Below, in pieces: positions 16,717 through 26,242 of a DNA stretch of 64,000 nucleotides (positions within the stretch are counted from its first letter, which is position 1; every line of letters starts with the position of its first letter). This stretch comes from Synergistales bacterium (GTDB taxonomy: Bacteria > Synergistota > Synergistia > Synergistales > JAFGMB01): positions 1,776,752 to 1,840,751 of the forward strand of contig OY762654.1 in assembly GCA_963666205.1 (NCBI GenBank), written 5' to 3'. The notes below the pieces were generated by a model, which had not been told where the DNA came from, did not search any database, and worked only from the letters and a program-made list of their open reading frames with translations. A program made the position numbers and the translations under genes.

Positions 16717-17670
16717 TTGAACAAGGAGCGTATCAGGAATTTCCCCATTTCCTTTTTTGCGGTTTCCATGGGGATCACCGGAGTTGTTCTTATGGTCGAA
16801 AAGATGGAACATCTGATTCTCATTCCCCACATTTTTTCGAGTTTCCTTTTATTGTTTTCCCTTGCCCTTTTCGTAATCATCAGTGGTTTGTATTTTACAA
16901 AGGTCTTTTCCTATCCCCGTGTTGTGGCAGAAGAACTTCTGCATCCCATAAAAATGCACTTTCTTCCCACTTTTTCGGTGAGCCTTCTTCTTCTGTCAGT
17001 AGCTTTTCTTGGAGAATATCCCGTCCTTTCGAAATCATTCTGGATACCAGGGACGGTTTTACATTTGATCATTACCCTTTACACATTATCCAGCTGGGTA
17101 CAGCGCCAGGATTTTGAAATTCAGCATGCCAATCCATCCTGGTTCATACCCATCCTTGGAAATCTGATAATTCCGGTTGCGGGAGTGATCCATGCCCCTC
17201 TTGAATTGAACTGGTTTTTCTTTAGTGTGGGTTTATTTTTCTGGGTACTCCTTTTTGCTGTATTGCTCAACAGGATCATATTTCATCATCCCATTCCAGA
17301 AAAACTTATCCCAACCTTCTTCATTCTCATGGCTCCGCCTGCAGTTGCTTTTATCTCCTATGTCAAGCTTACCGGAAGGATAGATCTCTTTGCCCAATCT
17401 CTCTATTCCCTTGCTCTTTTCATGTTTCTCTTTGTGATCAGCCAGTTGAAACTTTTTGCAGGGATCAGGTTTTATCTGTCATGGTGGGCCTATTCCTTTC
17501 CCCTCGCAGCCCTGGGACTTGCCTCTTCCCTTATTTTTTCGAAAACGGAGAGGGTCTATTACCAGTATGGAGCCATATTTTTCTTTATCATCCTTCTGGG
17601 GGTGGCCGGCTTTCTCGTATTCCTCACAATAGGACAGATTAAGGCAGGCAGGATCTGCGTTGAAGAATAA
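16717..17670 (+). CDS. TehA/TDT (tellurite-resistance / dicarboxylate, SLAC1-like) family anion channel/transporter
   Basis: 317 aa, TTG start. About 10 hydrophobic helices. N-terminal IRNFPISFFAVSMGITG is typical of the TDT family. Confidence 0.75.
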   Translation: MNKERIRNFPISFFAVSMGITGVVLMVEKMEHLILIPHIFSSFLLLFSLALFVIISGLYFTKVFSYPRVVAEELLHPIKMHFLPTFSVSLLLLSVAFLGEYPVLSKSFWIPGTVLHLIITLYTLSSWVQRQDFEIQHANPSWFIPILGNLIIPVAGVIHAPLELNWFFFSVGLFFWVLLFAVLLNRIIFHHPIPEKLIPTFFILMAPPAVAFISYVKLTGRIDLFAQSLYSLALFMFLFVISQLKLFAGIRFYLSWWAYSFPLAALGLASSLIFSKTERVYYQYGAIFFFIILLGVAGFLVFLTIGQIKAGRICVEE

Positions 17671-17811
17671 ATCACGGATCTTTCTGGATAGCATATGAGG
17701 GTGGAATTTCTTCAGACATGAAAACTAAGGCTTAGATATTCAATGGTATTTGTTTGAAAGTTGTCCATGCTCCAGGTTTTCCGGGAGGATGTGGGATCAT
17801 AAAAGTCATAA

Positions 17812-17842
17812 AAAGGGGGCCGGAAAAGATCCGGTCCCCTTT
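17812..17842. terminator. bidirectional terminator between convergent genes
   Basis: GGGGGCCGG (17815-17823) pairs with CCGGTCCCC (17831-17839), with one G-U pair. An A-run lies before the stem and a T-run after it. Confidence 0.5.
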
Positions 17843-17860
17843 TATCGTCCTGCATGTTCT

Positions 17861-18421
17861 TTACAGTATGTTTTTCCCAGCTTCTTTAAGGTCTGCGATG
17901 AGTACTTCATCTTCAGATGCTTCATTTTTAGTGTACAGGTCAGGGTAGCAGAATTCTCCGGTTATCTCCATTTCCAGGAGCTTGCACGATTCCCTGAAAG
18001 AAAATAGAAGTCCGTCAAAGCAGCTCTCATGACTATCTCCTGCACTTGCAACAAGAATGGCCTTTTTCCCTTTAAGTGCCGAAAGAGCTTCATCAGAAAC
18101 GAAGGGTACCAGTCTGTCAAGAACCGGTTTTATCTGAGAGCTCCATGAGTACCAGTACAAGGGTGTAGCAAAGATAACAGTATCAGCTTCTGCGAGGGAT
18201 TCATAGATATTATCCATCTCATCGTCTATTATGCAGGGACGTCCTCCGCTCCAGCATTTCCGGCAGTCAAGGCATCCATCGATGGTCATGTCTCCCAGGC
18301 GGAACCTGTCTATCTCAACATCTCCATCGAACTCTGATACCAGAGCTTCGGCCATGGTTTCACTGTTCCCGCCCTTTCGGGGACTTCCAAGAAGCAAGCA
18401 GATCCTTTTCATAGTTTTCAT
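17861..18421 (-). CDS. flavodoxin-like fold FMN reductase / iron-sulfur flavoprotein family
   Basis: 186 aa. ICLLLGSPRKGGNSETMAEAL FMN-binding N-terminus and a compact Cys motif CLDCRKCWSGGRPC. Confidence 0.8.
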   Translation of the reverse strand: MKTMKRICLLLGSPRKGGNSETMAEALVSEFDGDVEIDRFRLGDMTIDGCLDCRKCWSGGRPCIIDDEMDNIYESLAEADTVIFATPLYWYSWSSQIKPVLDRLVPFVSDEALSALKGKKAILVASAGDSHESCFDGLLFSFRESCKLLEMEITGEFCYPDLYTKNEASEDEVLIADLKEAGKNIL

Positions 18422-18825
18422 CTCCTTTTTTCTTTTTTCTCTATCCTCAGAAAAACGCCTTTCCTGTAACTGTTGTTCTCAAGATCTTTCCTGATATTCT
18501 CTGTTGCTTCGATAAGCCTGGCTATGTCTACCTGTCTGAAACAGGGTCCGTATTGTTGAAGAAGTCCTGTTCCTGAATCAAGCAGGGTCTTCGCACCTCT
18601 TGTATTATCTCTGCTGAGATGATACATCGCAACAGCTAAATGGAGCAATCCCTGGTAAAAGGATCGTATTTGGGAATCTCCGAACCCCCACAGGTGTTCC
18701 ATAACATCATGACAACGGTAAAATTCCCCTTTGTTGAAAAGATCTATTCCGTAATCGAGGATTTCAGTTTCTTTCCACAAGACCAGATCATCAATGGGAG
18801 TATTTCCATTTATTCTTTCCAGCAT
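18418..18825 (-). CDS. DUF309 domain protein
   Basis: ORF track 18418..18906. FNKGEFYRCHDVMEHLW...FYQGLLHLAVAMYHL matches the DUF309 pattern. The first 27 aa of the ORF are translated AT-rich promoter-like DNA, so the start is moved to the ATG at 18825. It overlaps the downstream gene by 4 nt. Confidence 0.6.
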   Translation of the reverse strand: MLERINGNTPIDDLVLWKETEILDYGIDLFNKGEFYRCHDVMEHLWGFGDSQIRSFYQGLLHLAVAMYHLSRDNTRGAKTLLDSGTGLLQQYGPCFRQVDIARLIEATENIRKDLENNSYRKGVFLRIEKKEKRR

Positions 18826-18885
18826 GGGTTTCACCGTCCCTTTGTAACAGTTTAGGAAAAATATTTGAAATAGTAAAACTTTTTC

Positions 18886-18914
18886 TTGACTTATTGAAGA
18901 ATACATAATACATT
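18886..18914 (+). promoter_or_regulatory. candidate promoter of the orphan gene at 18952
   Basis: TTGACT (18886-18891), a 17-nt spacer, then TACATT (18909-18914). Confidence 0.35.
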
Positions 18915-18951
18915 ATCCTGCATATCGGTATTTATCAAAACAGGCCGTTTA

Positions 18952-19644
18952 ATGGAGTTGATTTCAATGCAGAATAATCTGGCCAAAAACAGCATGTACA
19001 ACCTTCCTGAAAGTTTCCTCATGGGTGCAGGAGAAAAACGTGAAAAGACGGGCAATATGCCTGGTCTTGTCTATCCCTCCTTCTTCAAGGGTTCCTGGAT
19101 AGCCGTTGATTTCATAGGTTTCATGAAAGAGGCAGCATCAGTTGGGATTTCGTGGCCTGCTCTCCTGCTCAGAAAAGTCGTTGTAGATCTGATCAGGGAA
19201 AACCCGGCCCCGAACACCCTCGTATGTTACATGAGATTCGCCCACATGCTTAAAGTTCTTTTTCTCTCGGACGAAGGCTGTCGTGATAATAATTGCGGAC
19301 ATAGTCTTTTCAGGGAATATAAGGGATATCTGGCCGAGGGGAATAAGATTTCCAGGCCCGTTATTATAAGACCTGTTGCTTTCTGGGATGGAAAGGGCAT
19401 GGTAATGGCCCTCTGGCCCGGAGGGAAAGATGGATGTGCCCACTATGCCAGTGATCCAAGGATCCTTGATGCCGGCAATTTCCTGGACTATTCCAGTTTT
19501 CCCAGATCCATGTTCAGTATGCCTTCCAATATTGACCGGCCAGGATCAGATCAGACGAGCATTCCCCTGGAACCTGTCTCCATGTTCGAATATGATGGAG
19601 TTATATATACACACGGTAACATCTGGTTTTCCTATCCATCCTGA
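18952..19644 (+). CDS. hypothetical protein (no family recognised)
   Basis: 230 aa single ORF, bracketed by a candidate promoter and a strong terminator on the same strand. No motif I can assign. Confidence 0.5.
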   Translation: MELISMQNNLAKNSMYNLPESFLMGAGEKREKTGNMPGLVYPSFFKGSWIAVDFIGFMKEAASVGISWPALLLRKVVVDLIRENPAPNTLVCYMRFAHMLKVLFLSDEGCRDNNCGHSLFREYKGYLAEGNKISRPVIIRPVAFWDGKGMVMALWPGGKDGCAHYASDPRILDAGNFLDYSSFPRSMFSMPSNIDRPGSDQTSIPLEPVSMFEYDGVIYTHGNIWFSYPS

Positions 19645-19671
19645 TTCCCTGTTCTTTCTCCTCCTTTTGAA

Positions 19672-19699
19672 AGGCGCCTCTGTATAGAGGCGCCTTTTT
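19672..19699 (+). terminator. rho-independent terminator
   Basis: AGGCGCCTC (19672-19680), loop TGTATA, GAGGCGCCT (19687-19695), then TTTTT. Confidence 0.75.
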
Positions 19700-19722
19700 A
19701 ATGTTGACAGATATTGACATAA

Positions 19723-19745
19723 CAAACAATATATTATATTGTTTG
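19723..19745. promoter_or_regulatory. perfect 11-1-11 palindromic operator candidate upstream of the DUF2087 regulator
   Basis: CAAACAATATA-T-TATATTGTTTG. Tandem TTGACA hexamers lie at 19704 and 19714. A third AAACAAACA copy lies at 19751-19759. Confidence 0.5.
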
Positions 19746-19774
19746 CATATAAACAAACATAAGGAGGTTATATT

Positions 19775-20530
19775 GTGAATTATTCCGGTGATGTTTTCTG
19801 GAGTGCCCAAATAGAAGATATGGTCAGGGGGTATGTTTTCCGTAAGGAAAATGCTGTTTTCCTCTGCCTGCTCTGTGGTAAGTCCTTTGAACAGGGAGTT
19901 ATTTATCCCAATGGAACAGAACTTTTGGATGCGGAAAAGGCTATCTGCCGTCATATTGCGGATGAACATGGAGGAGTTTTCAGATCCCTTGTAGAGATGG
20001 ATAGAAAGTATACTGGTCTTTCAGAAATCCAGCAATCCATACTTAAAGCTTTTCATGAAGGCAAGGGAGATAATGAAATTGCCAGGGAAATGGATATAGA
20101 AAAGTCTACGGTCAGGAATCATCGCTTTAAAATGAGAGAAAAGACAAAACAGGCACGGGTTTTTCTTGCCCTGATGGAGCTCGCCGAAAAAAAGCAGAAA
20201 GAGAATGAAAAACTTGTTGAGATGCACAGAAATGCCCGGATGGTGGATGAGAGATATGCTATTACCATGGAAGAAGAGAAAAAACTTCTGAAAAAATATT
20301 TCAGGGAAGATGGAAAACTTGATCGCTATCCCATAAAGGCGAAGGATCAGATAGTTGTGCTCAGAAGAGTGGTGACTCTTTTTGAGACAGGGGAAAAATA
20401 TTCCGAAAAACAAGTGAACGCTATTATCGAAGGTATTTTTGAAGATTACGCTATTCTCAGGAGAAACCTTATTGAACACGGTTTTATGCAGAGAAGACCT
20501 GATGGAAGTGAATACTGGATAGTTTTTTAG
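19775..20530 (+). CDS. DUF2087-domain transcriptional regulator with zinc-ribbon-like N-terminus and LuxR/sigma-70-region-4-type HTH
   Basis: 251 aa. GTG start 7 nt after AAGGAGG. LSEIQQSILKAFHEGKGDNEIAREMDIEKSTVRNHRF is an HTH. C-terminal KLDRYPIKAKDQIVVLRRVVTLFE..YSEKQVNAII matches the DUF2087 pattern. Confidence 0.7.
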   Translation: MNYSGDVFWSAQIEDMVRGYVFRKENAVFLCLLCGKSFEQGVIYPNGTELLDAEKAICRHIADEHGGVFRSLVEMDRKYTGLSEIQQSILKAFHEGKGDNEIAREMDIEKSTVRNHRFKMREKTKQARVFLALMELAEKKQKENEKLVEMHRNARMVDERYAITMEEEKKLLKKYFREDGKLDRYPIKAKDQIVVLRRVVTLFETGEKYSEKQVNAIIEGIFEDYAILRRNLIEHGFMQRRPDGSEYWIVF

Positions 20531-20635
20531 CACAATATATACAGTTTCTACCTGAATATTTCTGAAACCTTGTCCTTTGTGCTAGTGCTGCGTTAAAATA
20601 TAAAAGCAGAATTCAGGGCCAGGGGGGATGTGGAT

Positions 20636-21442
20636 ATGGACAAGTGCATAGGTTTTATTGGTGCCGGGCATATAACGGAGATGCTGATCTCAAGGATAAT
20701 AGAAACTGGAGCAGTTGTTCCTTCAAGGCTGTCTATAAGCGATATAAACAAGGACAGAGTCCTTTTTATGGAGGAAAAATTCGGACTCAGCGGAGCAATG
20801 AATAACAGGGAGCTTTTCCAGAAGTGCAAACATATTTTTTTCTGTATCCATCCGCCAGTTGTCCAGAAAATCCTTGATGATCTCTATGGCCTGGATTTTT
20901 CAGATAAGCTTATAGTTTCCATTGCTGCTGGAATACCCATGAAGACCTACTGTTACCTGGGGAATATTGCGGTCATAAGGGCTATTCCCAACCCTCCCAG
21001 CAAGGCCGGTTATGGCATAGTTCCCTACTCCCTTAACCCTTTTGTCACGGAAGAGCAGAAAAAGGAGATCCTGGAGCTTCTTTCTTCCCTCGGAGAGAGT
21101 TTTCCCATGAATGAGGATGCCATCAGTATTGTAACCTCCCTCAGCAGTCCCGTCACAACCTTCCTTTTTCTGGATTCCCTTGTTGAAGCGGGAGTTCTTG
21201 CAGGACTCAGCAGGAAAGATTCGATAAGGATAGTACATAAAACAGTCCTGGGTTGTCTTAAGATATGGGAAAAGGAGCCGGAAAAGACCTTTGCCGACCT
21301 CCTCTCGGAAGCCTGTACCCCAGGAGGTATTTCAGCAGAAACCCTTTTGACTCTGGACCGATACGCCTTCCGTGCAGCAGTCAAGGATGGAATCCTCGAA
21401 GGAGTAGAAAAGGCCAGGGGGTTTTCCAGTTCTTATGAGTAA
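20636..21442 (+). CDS. proC: pyrroline-5-carboxylate reductase
   Basis: ORF track 20630..21442. IGFIGAGHITEML Rossmann motif and the C-terminal CTPGGISAETL dimerisation-domain motif. Start is the ATG at 20636 or the GTG at 20630. Confidence 0.75.
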   Translation: MDKCIGFIGAGHITEMLISRIIETGAVVPSRLSISDINKDRVLFMEEKFGLSGAMNNRELFQKCKHIFFCIHPPVVQKILDDLYGLDFSDKLIVSIAAGIPMKTYCYLGNIAVIRAIPNPPSKAGYGIVPYSLNPFVTEEQKKEILELLSSLGESFPMNEDAISIVTSLSSPVTTFLFLDSLVEAGVLAGLSRKDSIRIVHKTVLGCLKIWEKEPEKTFADLLSEACTPGGISAETLLTLDRYAFRAAVKDGILEGVEKARGFSSSYE

Positions 21443-21648
21443 TCACAGATCCTGAAAAGGAAGACTGCTGCAATAAGAGCCTTTTAGAATTGACTTGCCA
21501 GGTCCTGGGTTAACAAAATCCCCGGGACCTTTATAATGGTTCCTGTTGAAGCATGAATGCAATGAGATACAGGTGAAGTTATGGCATAACAATAGATTTT
21601 ATCACATGGATATTTAGCGTATCCCAATAAACCTGGGGGTGTATCATC

Positions 21649-22902
21649 ATGGAAGTGGAACTTGGTTACGGAAAGGGATCAGTATTGGTTAATGTAGATG
21701 AGAGCAGGCTTATGGGAGTGCTTGAACCTGCCTCTATTGAGGGTTCCGGCCTTTCTGAAAGGCAGGAAATAGAAAGGGCGCTTTTGAACCCCGTCAATTC
21801 TCCCCGACTTGAAACCATGGTGAAACCAGGAGAAAAGATCGTCGTAATTACCAGCGACATTACCAGACCATGTCCCTCATACAAGGTTCTGCCTCCCCTC
21901 ATGGAAGAACTGTGTCGTGCCGGAGCAAGGGATAATGACATAACCATCGTCTTTGCCCTTGGCAGCCACCGGAAACATTCCAAAGAAGAAATGAAAAAAC
22001 TCGTGGGTGAAAATATTTACAGCAGATATTCCTGTGTAGATCTGGATGTGGATGATTGCGTGAGCGTGGGAGTGACAAAGAGGGGAACCCCGGTGGATGT
22101 GTTCAGGCCGGTTGTCGAAGCGGACAGAAGAATATGTGTCGGCAACATTGAATACCACTACTTTGCCGGTTACAGTGGAGGAGCCAAGGCTATCCTGCCA
22201 GGAGTCTGTACCAAAGAGGCCATACAGGCCAACCATCGGATGATGGTCCGGGCTGATGCTGTAACGGGAACCCTCGATACTAACCCGCTGAGGTGTGACA
22301 TAGATGAGGTGAGTGATCTCATATCCATCGATTTCATTCTTAATGTGGTTCTTGATCCTCACAAGAAGATCCTTAAAGCTGTTGCAGGTCATTACATTGA
22401 TGCTCATCGTGAAGGCTGTCATTTCCTCGATAGCCTCTACAAGATCAGAATAGAGAAAGCGGCGGATATCGTTATTGTGTCGCCTGGAGGTTTTCCCAAG
22501 GATATCAATATGTACCAGGCTCAGAAGGCTCTTGACAATGCCCGCCATGCGGTGAGGGAAGGTGGGGTTATCATCTGGGTTGCTTCCTGTGGTGAAGGAT
22601 TCGGTTCTGCTGTTTTCGAGAAATGGATAAGGGGAGCAGATTCACCGGACCAGATAATTGAAGATATTCAGAAGAACTTTGAACTGGGAGGTCATAAGGC
22701 TGCTGCCATTGCCATGACCCTGAAAAAGGCCGGAATTTTTCTTGTTTCCGATCTCGATGCCGACCTCGTCAGGTCTATATTCCTTAAACCCTTTTCTGAT
22801 GTAGCGGAAGCCCAGAAAGAGGCTTATCGCCTTCTGGGAAGTGATGCTGAAACTCTGCTTATGCCCTATGGAGGTTCAACTCTACCGGTTTATAAGGGAT
22901 AA
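21649..22902 (+). CDS. larA: LarA family nickel-pincer-dependent 2-hydroxyacid racemase/epimerase
   Basis: 417 aa. N-terminal DUF2088-type domain, ALGSHRKH and NIEYHYFAGYSGGAKA. His and Lys residues occupy the positions used by lactate racemase for catalysis and cofactor attachment, judged by motif only. Confidence 0.75.
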   Translation: MEVELGYGKGSVLVNVDESRLMGVLEPASIEGSGLSERQEIERALLNPVNSPRLETMVKPGEKIVVITSDITRPCPSYKVLPPLMEELCRAGARDNDITIVFALGSHRKHSKEEMKKLVGENIYSRYSCVDLDVDDCVSVGVTKRGTPVDVFRPVVEADRRICVGNIEYHYFAGYSGGAKAILPGVCTKEAIQANHRMMVRADAVTGTLDTNPLRCDIDEVSDLISIDFILNVVLDPHKKILKAVAGHYIDAHREGCHFLDSLYKIRIEKAADIVIVSPGGFPKDINMYQAQKALDNARHAVREGGVIIWVASCGEGFGSAVFEKWIRGADSPDQIIEDIQKNFELGGHKAAAIAMTLKKAGIFLVSDLDADLVRSIFLKPFSDVAEAQKEAYRLLGSDAETLLMPYGGSTLPVYKG

Positions 22903-22922
22903 CAACCCTTAAGTAATTGTAA

Positions 22923-22961
22923 AACGAGCTTTCCCCCGGGTAGCAGAAGGGAAGGCTCGTT
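22923..22961. terminator. bidirectional terminator between convergent genes
   Basis: AACGAGCTTTCCC (22923-22935) pairs with GGGAAGGCTCGTT (22949-22961). This gives 13 bp with one G-U pair. Confidence 0.65.
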
Positions 22962-22971
22962 GTTCGTATTC

Positions 22972-24126
22972 CTATTTTCTCCAGAGGTCAGTGTTTTCCA
23001 GGTCTGCGGCAACGTCCTTGAGAAGAGATGGTATCTGGAGGTGCTGGGGGCATACCTCCATACATTTTCCGCAGTTTACACATAGAGAGGCGTGGGCTTT
23101 TTTGCCCATTATTCCGCCGAGCCAGAAATAATACTGACGTTTTGGGTCTTCCTGCCCGAGAAGATGATAGCGGTTATAGAACTCAAAACAGGTGGGAATA
23201 TCCACTCCTGCCGGACAGGGCATGCAGTAACGGCATCCAGTGCAGCCCACTTTTGTAAGGCGGCGGTATTCATCTCCAGCCCTCTTGACCATGTCAAGTT
23301 CTGTTTCTGTCATGGATTCAGGTTTAGCCTCGCTGGCTATCCTGATGTTTTCCTCGATATGTTCTTCTTCATTCATGCCTGACAGGACAACTTTCACCTC
23401 TGGATGGTTCCAGAGCCATCTGAGTCCCCACTCTGCCGGTGTTCTCTTTATCTCTGATTCATCCCATATTTCCGCTACTGAAGGAGGCACGATCCTGGTC
23501 AGACTCCCACCCCGGAGAGGTTCCATTATGATAACTCCAAGTCCCTTTGAAGCAGCATATCTGAGTCCTTCCGTTCCAGCCTGGAAATCTTTATCCAGGT
23601 AGTTATACTGGATCTGGCAGAAGTCCCAGTCAAAGGAATCAACTATTTCTTTGAATGTTCCCAGGTCATCATGAAAGGAGAACCCTGCATTTCTTACCTT
23701 TCCATTTTTTTTAGCTTCAACAAGAAAATCCAGTACTCCCAGATCCCTTATGTTTTCCCAGCTTTGTCTTGAAAGGGCATGAAGCAGGTAATAATCTATC
23801 CATTCTGTCTGAAGTCTTTCGAGCTGAAGGTCAAGCATTCTCTCAATATCATCCGGTTCTTTCATAAGCCAGCAGGGCAGCTTGGTGGCAAGCTTTACCT
23901 TCTCCCTGTAACCGTCTTTAAGAGCCTTTCCTACGAAGGGTTCGCCATCTCCATTGTGGTATGGATAAGCTGTATCAATATAGTTGATTCCCCTATCTAT
24001 CGCTGATTGGATATGCCGGGTTGCCCGTTCTTCATCGATGGAGCCATCCTTCTGGGCAAGTCTCATACATCCGAAACCCAGAATAGAAAGCTCATCACCG
24101 TTCTTTGGCATTTTTCTGTAAAGCAT
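22972..24126 (-). CDS. aldo/keto reductase with C-terminal 4Fe-4S ferredoxin domain
   Basis: 384 aa. AKR motifs (GINYIDTAYPY, KLATKL) and C-terminal CTGCRYCMPCPAGVDIP and CVNCGKCMEVCPQHLQIP. Confidence 0.85.
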   Translation of the reverse strand: MLYRKMPKNGDELSILGFGCMRLAQKDGSIDEERATRHIQSAIDRGINYIDTAYPYHNGDGEPFVGKALKDGYREKVKLATKLPCWLMKEPDDIERMLDLQLERLQTEWIDYYLLHALSRQSWENIRDLGVLDFLVEAKKNGKVRNAGFSFHDDLGTFKEIVDSFDWDFCQIQYNYLDKDFQAGTEGLRYAASKGLGVIIMEPLRGGSLTRIVPPSVAEIWDESEIKRTPAEWGLRWLWNHPEVKVVLSGMNEEEHIEENIRIASEAKPESMTETELDMVKRAGDEYRRLTKVGCTGCRYCMPCPAGVDIPTCFEFYNRYHLLGQEDPKRQYYFWLGGIMGKKAHASLCVNCGKCMEVCPQHLQIPSLLKDVAADLENTDLWRK

Positions 24127-24385
24127 TTTTCTCCCTCCCTGAAATATACGGTAGAAAATTCATTGAAATATCTCGTGAAACATAACCCTTAACATCAGTA
24201 CATCTCTATTTCTGATACCTTATTTGTTTTCTGTAGAGGATAGATGACACTATAACATAAAGTGTAAAAAATCATGAAAATAAAAATGAGAAATATTTCA
24301 CTAAGGGATGTTATAATAGGTTTAGTAGGTCAGACTGATACTCTTCTATTGAGAATTAACCGAAATTAGTCAAGGAGGAATTGTA

Positions 24386-24829
24386 ATGAAAAAAACTGAA
24401 CTCCTCTCTGCTGTTGCAGCCTGCGGGATCGATTGTATCAACTGCCCCATGCACGAAAAAAACATAACTGAAGATCTGAAAAACAGAGTTGCCGCCATGA
24501 TGGGGAAGGACCCCGATGAAATGATCTGCCATGGCTGCCGCTCGGATAAGCGGGCGGCCATATGTCCTGCCGACTGTTCCACCCTTACCTGCTCAAGGGA
24601 AAAGGGTGTTGACTTCTGTTTTGAATGTCCAGACTTCCCCTGCGAAAAGCTCAACCCGGCTTCAGACCGGGCTGAAAGACTTCCCCATAATCTTAAGGTA
24701 TATAATTCCTGCCGAATGAAAAAAATGGGTCCTGAAAAATGGCTGGAGGAAGATGCCGGACCAACTACTGCCAGGTATTACAAGGGAAAGATGGTCATCG
24801 GAAGGGGCCCCGTACTGGAAGGAGAGTAA
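24386..24829 (+). CDS. DUF3795 domain (Cys-rich) protein
   Basis: 147 aa. CGIDCINCP...CHGCRS...CSTLTCSREKGVDFCFECPDFPCEKL pattern. AAGGAGG RBS. Confidence 0.7.
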   Translation: MKKTELLSAVAACGIDCINCPMHEKNITEDLKNRVAAMMGKDPDEMICHGCRSDKRAAICPADCSTLTCSREKGVDFCFECPDFPCEKLNPASDRAERLPHNLKVYNSCRMKKMGPEKWLEEDAGPTTARYYKGKMVIGRGPVLEGE

Positions 24830-25016
24830 TTCTGCAAAAGAAGTTTCATGTATTTCTGTGCTTTCCTGAAAATATTTTATTCCATGATCTGAAGGGTTAT
24901 GCAGTATAGATAGGATCCATATAGAGGGACTCCTGTTTAGCGGGATGCATTTATAATTCTGCAGATGCAGGATATACTGGTATTCTACAGAATATCTCAG
25001 GAGGTGCGAATTCATT

Positions 25017-26222
25017 ATGGATACCAGGCTCCAGAAACTTCTTTCCCATGTCTCTACAGAAGAACTTGCAGAGTTGACAAGCCGTTTTATCAGGATCCCC
25101 AGCCACTGGGATGTGCCGGACAAGGAAGTCGAAATGGTAAAGGCTGTGGTTGCATTCCTTGATTCGGAAAATATACCCTATGAACTCGATCATGTCGAAG
25201 GAGAAAGGTACAATATAATCGCCTGTCTCAAGGGGACTGGCGGAGGCAGCAGCCTTTCCCTTGCCGGACATCTCGATACGGTACCGCCCTATAATATGAA
25301 GGTTGACCCCTTTGGAGGAAAGATCGAGGGGGACCGTGTATGGGGCCGTGGAACGGTAGACATGAAAGGTGCAGATGCATGTATGCTCCTGACATTGGCT
25401 GCATTCAAAAGGTCAGGAATAGAGCTTGCAGGGGACCTCTATTTTGCAGGTGTTCTTGCTGAAGAGACCAACAGCGATGGAGCCGAGTCCCTTATCGAAT
25501 CAGGATTCAGAACAGATGGCGTAATAATCGGAGAACCGTCAGGTATCCAGTATTCCATAGGACACCGTGGCCTGGAATGGATCGAAGTGGAATTCTTCGG
25601 AAAAACTGCACATGGCGGAGTTCCGGAAGAAGGAGTCAATGCCATCCTGCAAGCCACCAGATTTATTACAAGGGTCCAGGAAAAGATAGTACCCATGCTC
25701 AAAGAGCGTTACCATCCCCATATGGGCCCCTCAGTAATGAACTTCGGTAAAATTGAGGGAGGTCTTCAACCGAGTACAGTAGCAGGAAGTTGTACCCTCC
25801 AGCTTGATCGGCGATACCTGCCCTGGGAATCGGTAACCAGTCTTATGAAGGAATACCAGGATGTAATTGATGAACTATCTGCGGAAGATCCCACATTCAA
25901 AGCCGAACTCCGTCTTCTCGATATAGGAATTATGAACAAATATGAACATGTGGCCCTTGAAACTTCCCCCGACGAACCCATCGTAGATGCCATAAAATAT
26001 GCACTCTCCGAAGTTCACGGAAAGCCGGCAGAACTCTCCACCAAGCATGGCTGGACCGATGCCGCTCTTTTCAGACATTACGGAAATATGCCCACAGTAG
26101 TCTATGGTCCTGGAGACCTAGTCAGGGCCCACGGACCGGAGGAATATATAACTTTCAAAGAACTTGAGGATGGTTTCAGGACATATCTTCTTGCGTCCAT
26201 GAAGTTTTGTGGAGTCTGCTGA
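25017..26222 (+). CDS. M20 family metallohydrolase (ArgE/DapE/acylase-type deacylase)
   Basis: 401 aa. LAGHLDTVP, GRGTVDMKG and LAEETNSDG metal-ligand motifs. Confidence 0.85.
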   Translation: MDTRLQKLLSHVSTEELAELTSRFIRIPSHWDVPDKEVEMVKAVVAFLDSENIPYELDHVEGERYNIIACLKGTGGGSSLSLAGHLDTVPPYNMKVDPFGGKIEGDRVWGRGTVDMKGADACMLLTLAAFKRSGIELAGDLYFAGVLAEETNSDGAESLIESGFRTDGVIIGEPSGIQYSIGHRGLEWIEVEFFGKTAHGGVPEEGVNAILQATRFITRVQEKIVPMLKERYHPHMGPSVMNFGKIEGGLQPSTVAGSCTLQLDRRYLPWESVTSLMKEYQDVIDELSAEDPTFKAELRLLDIGIMNKYEHVALETSPDEPIVDAIKYALSEVHGKPAELSTKHGWTDAALFRHYGNMPTVVYGPGDLVRAHGPEEYITFKELEDGFRTYLLASMKFCGVC

Positions 26223-26242
26223 AAAAAGGGACCATTATTCCA

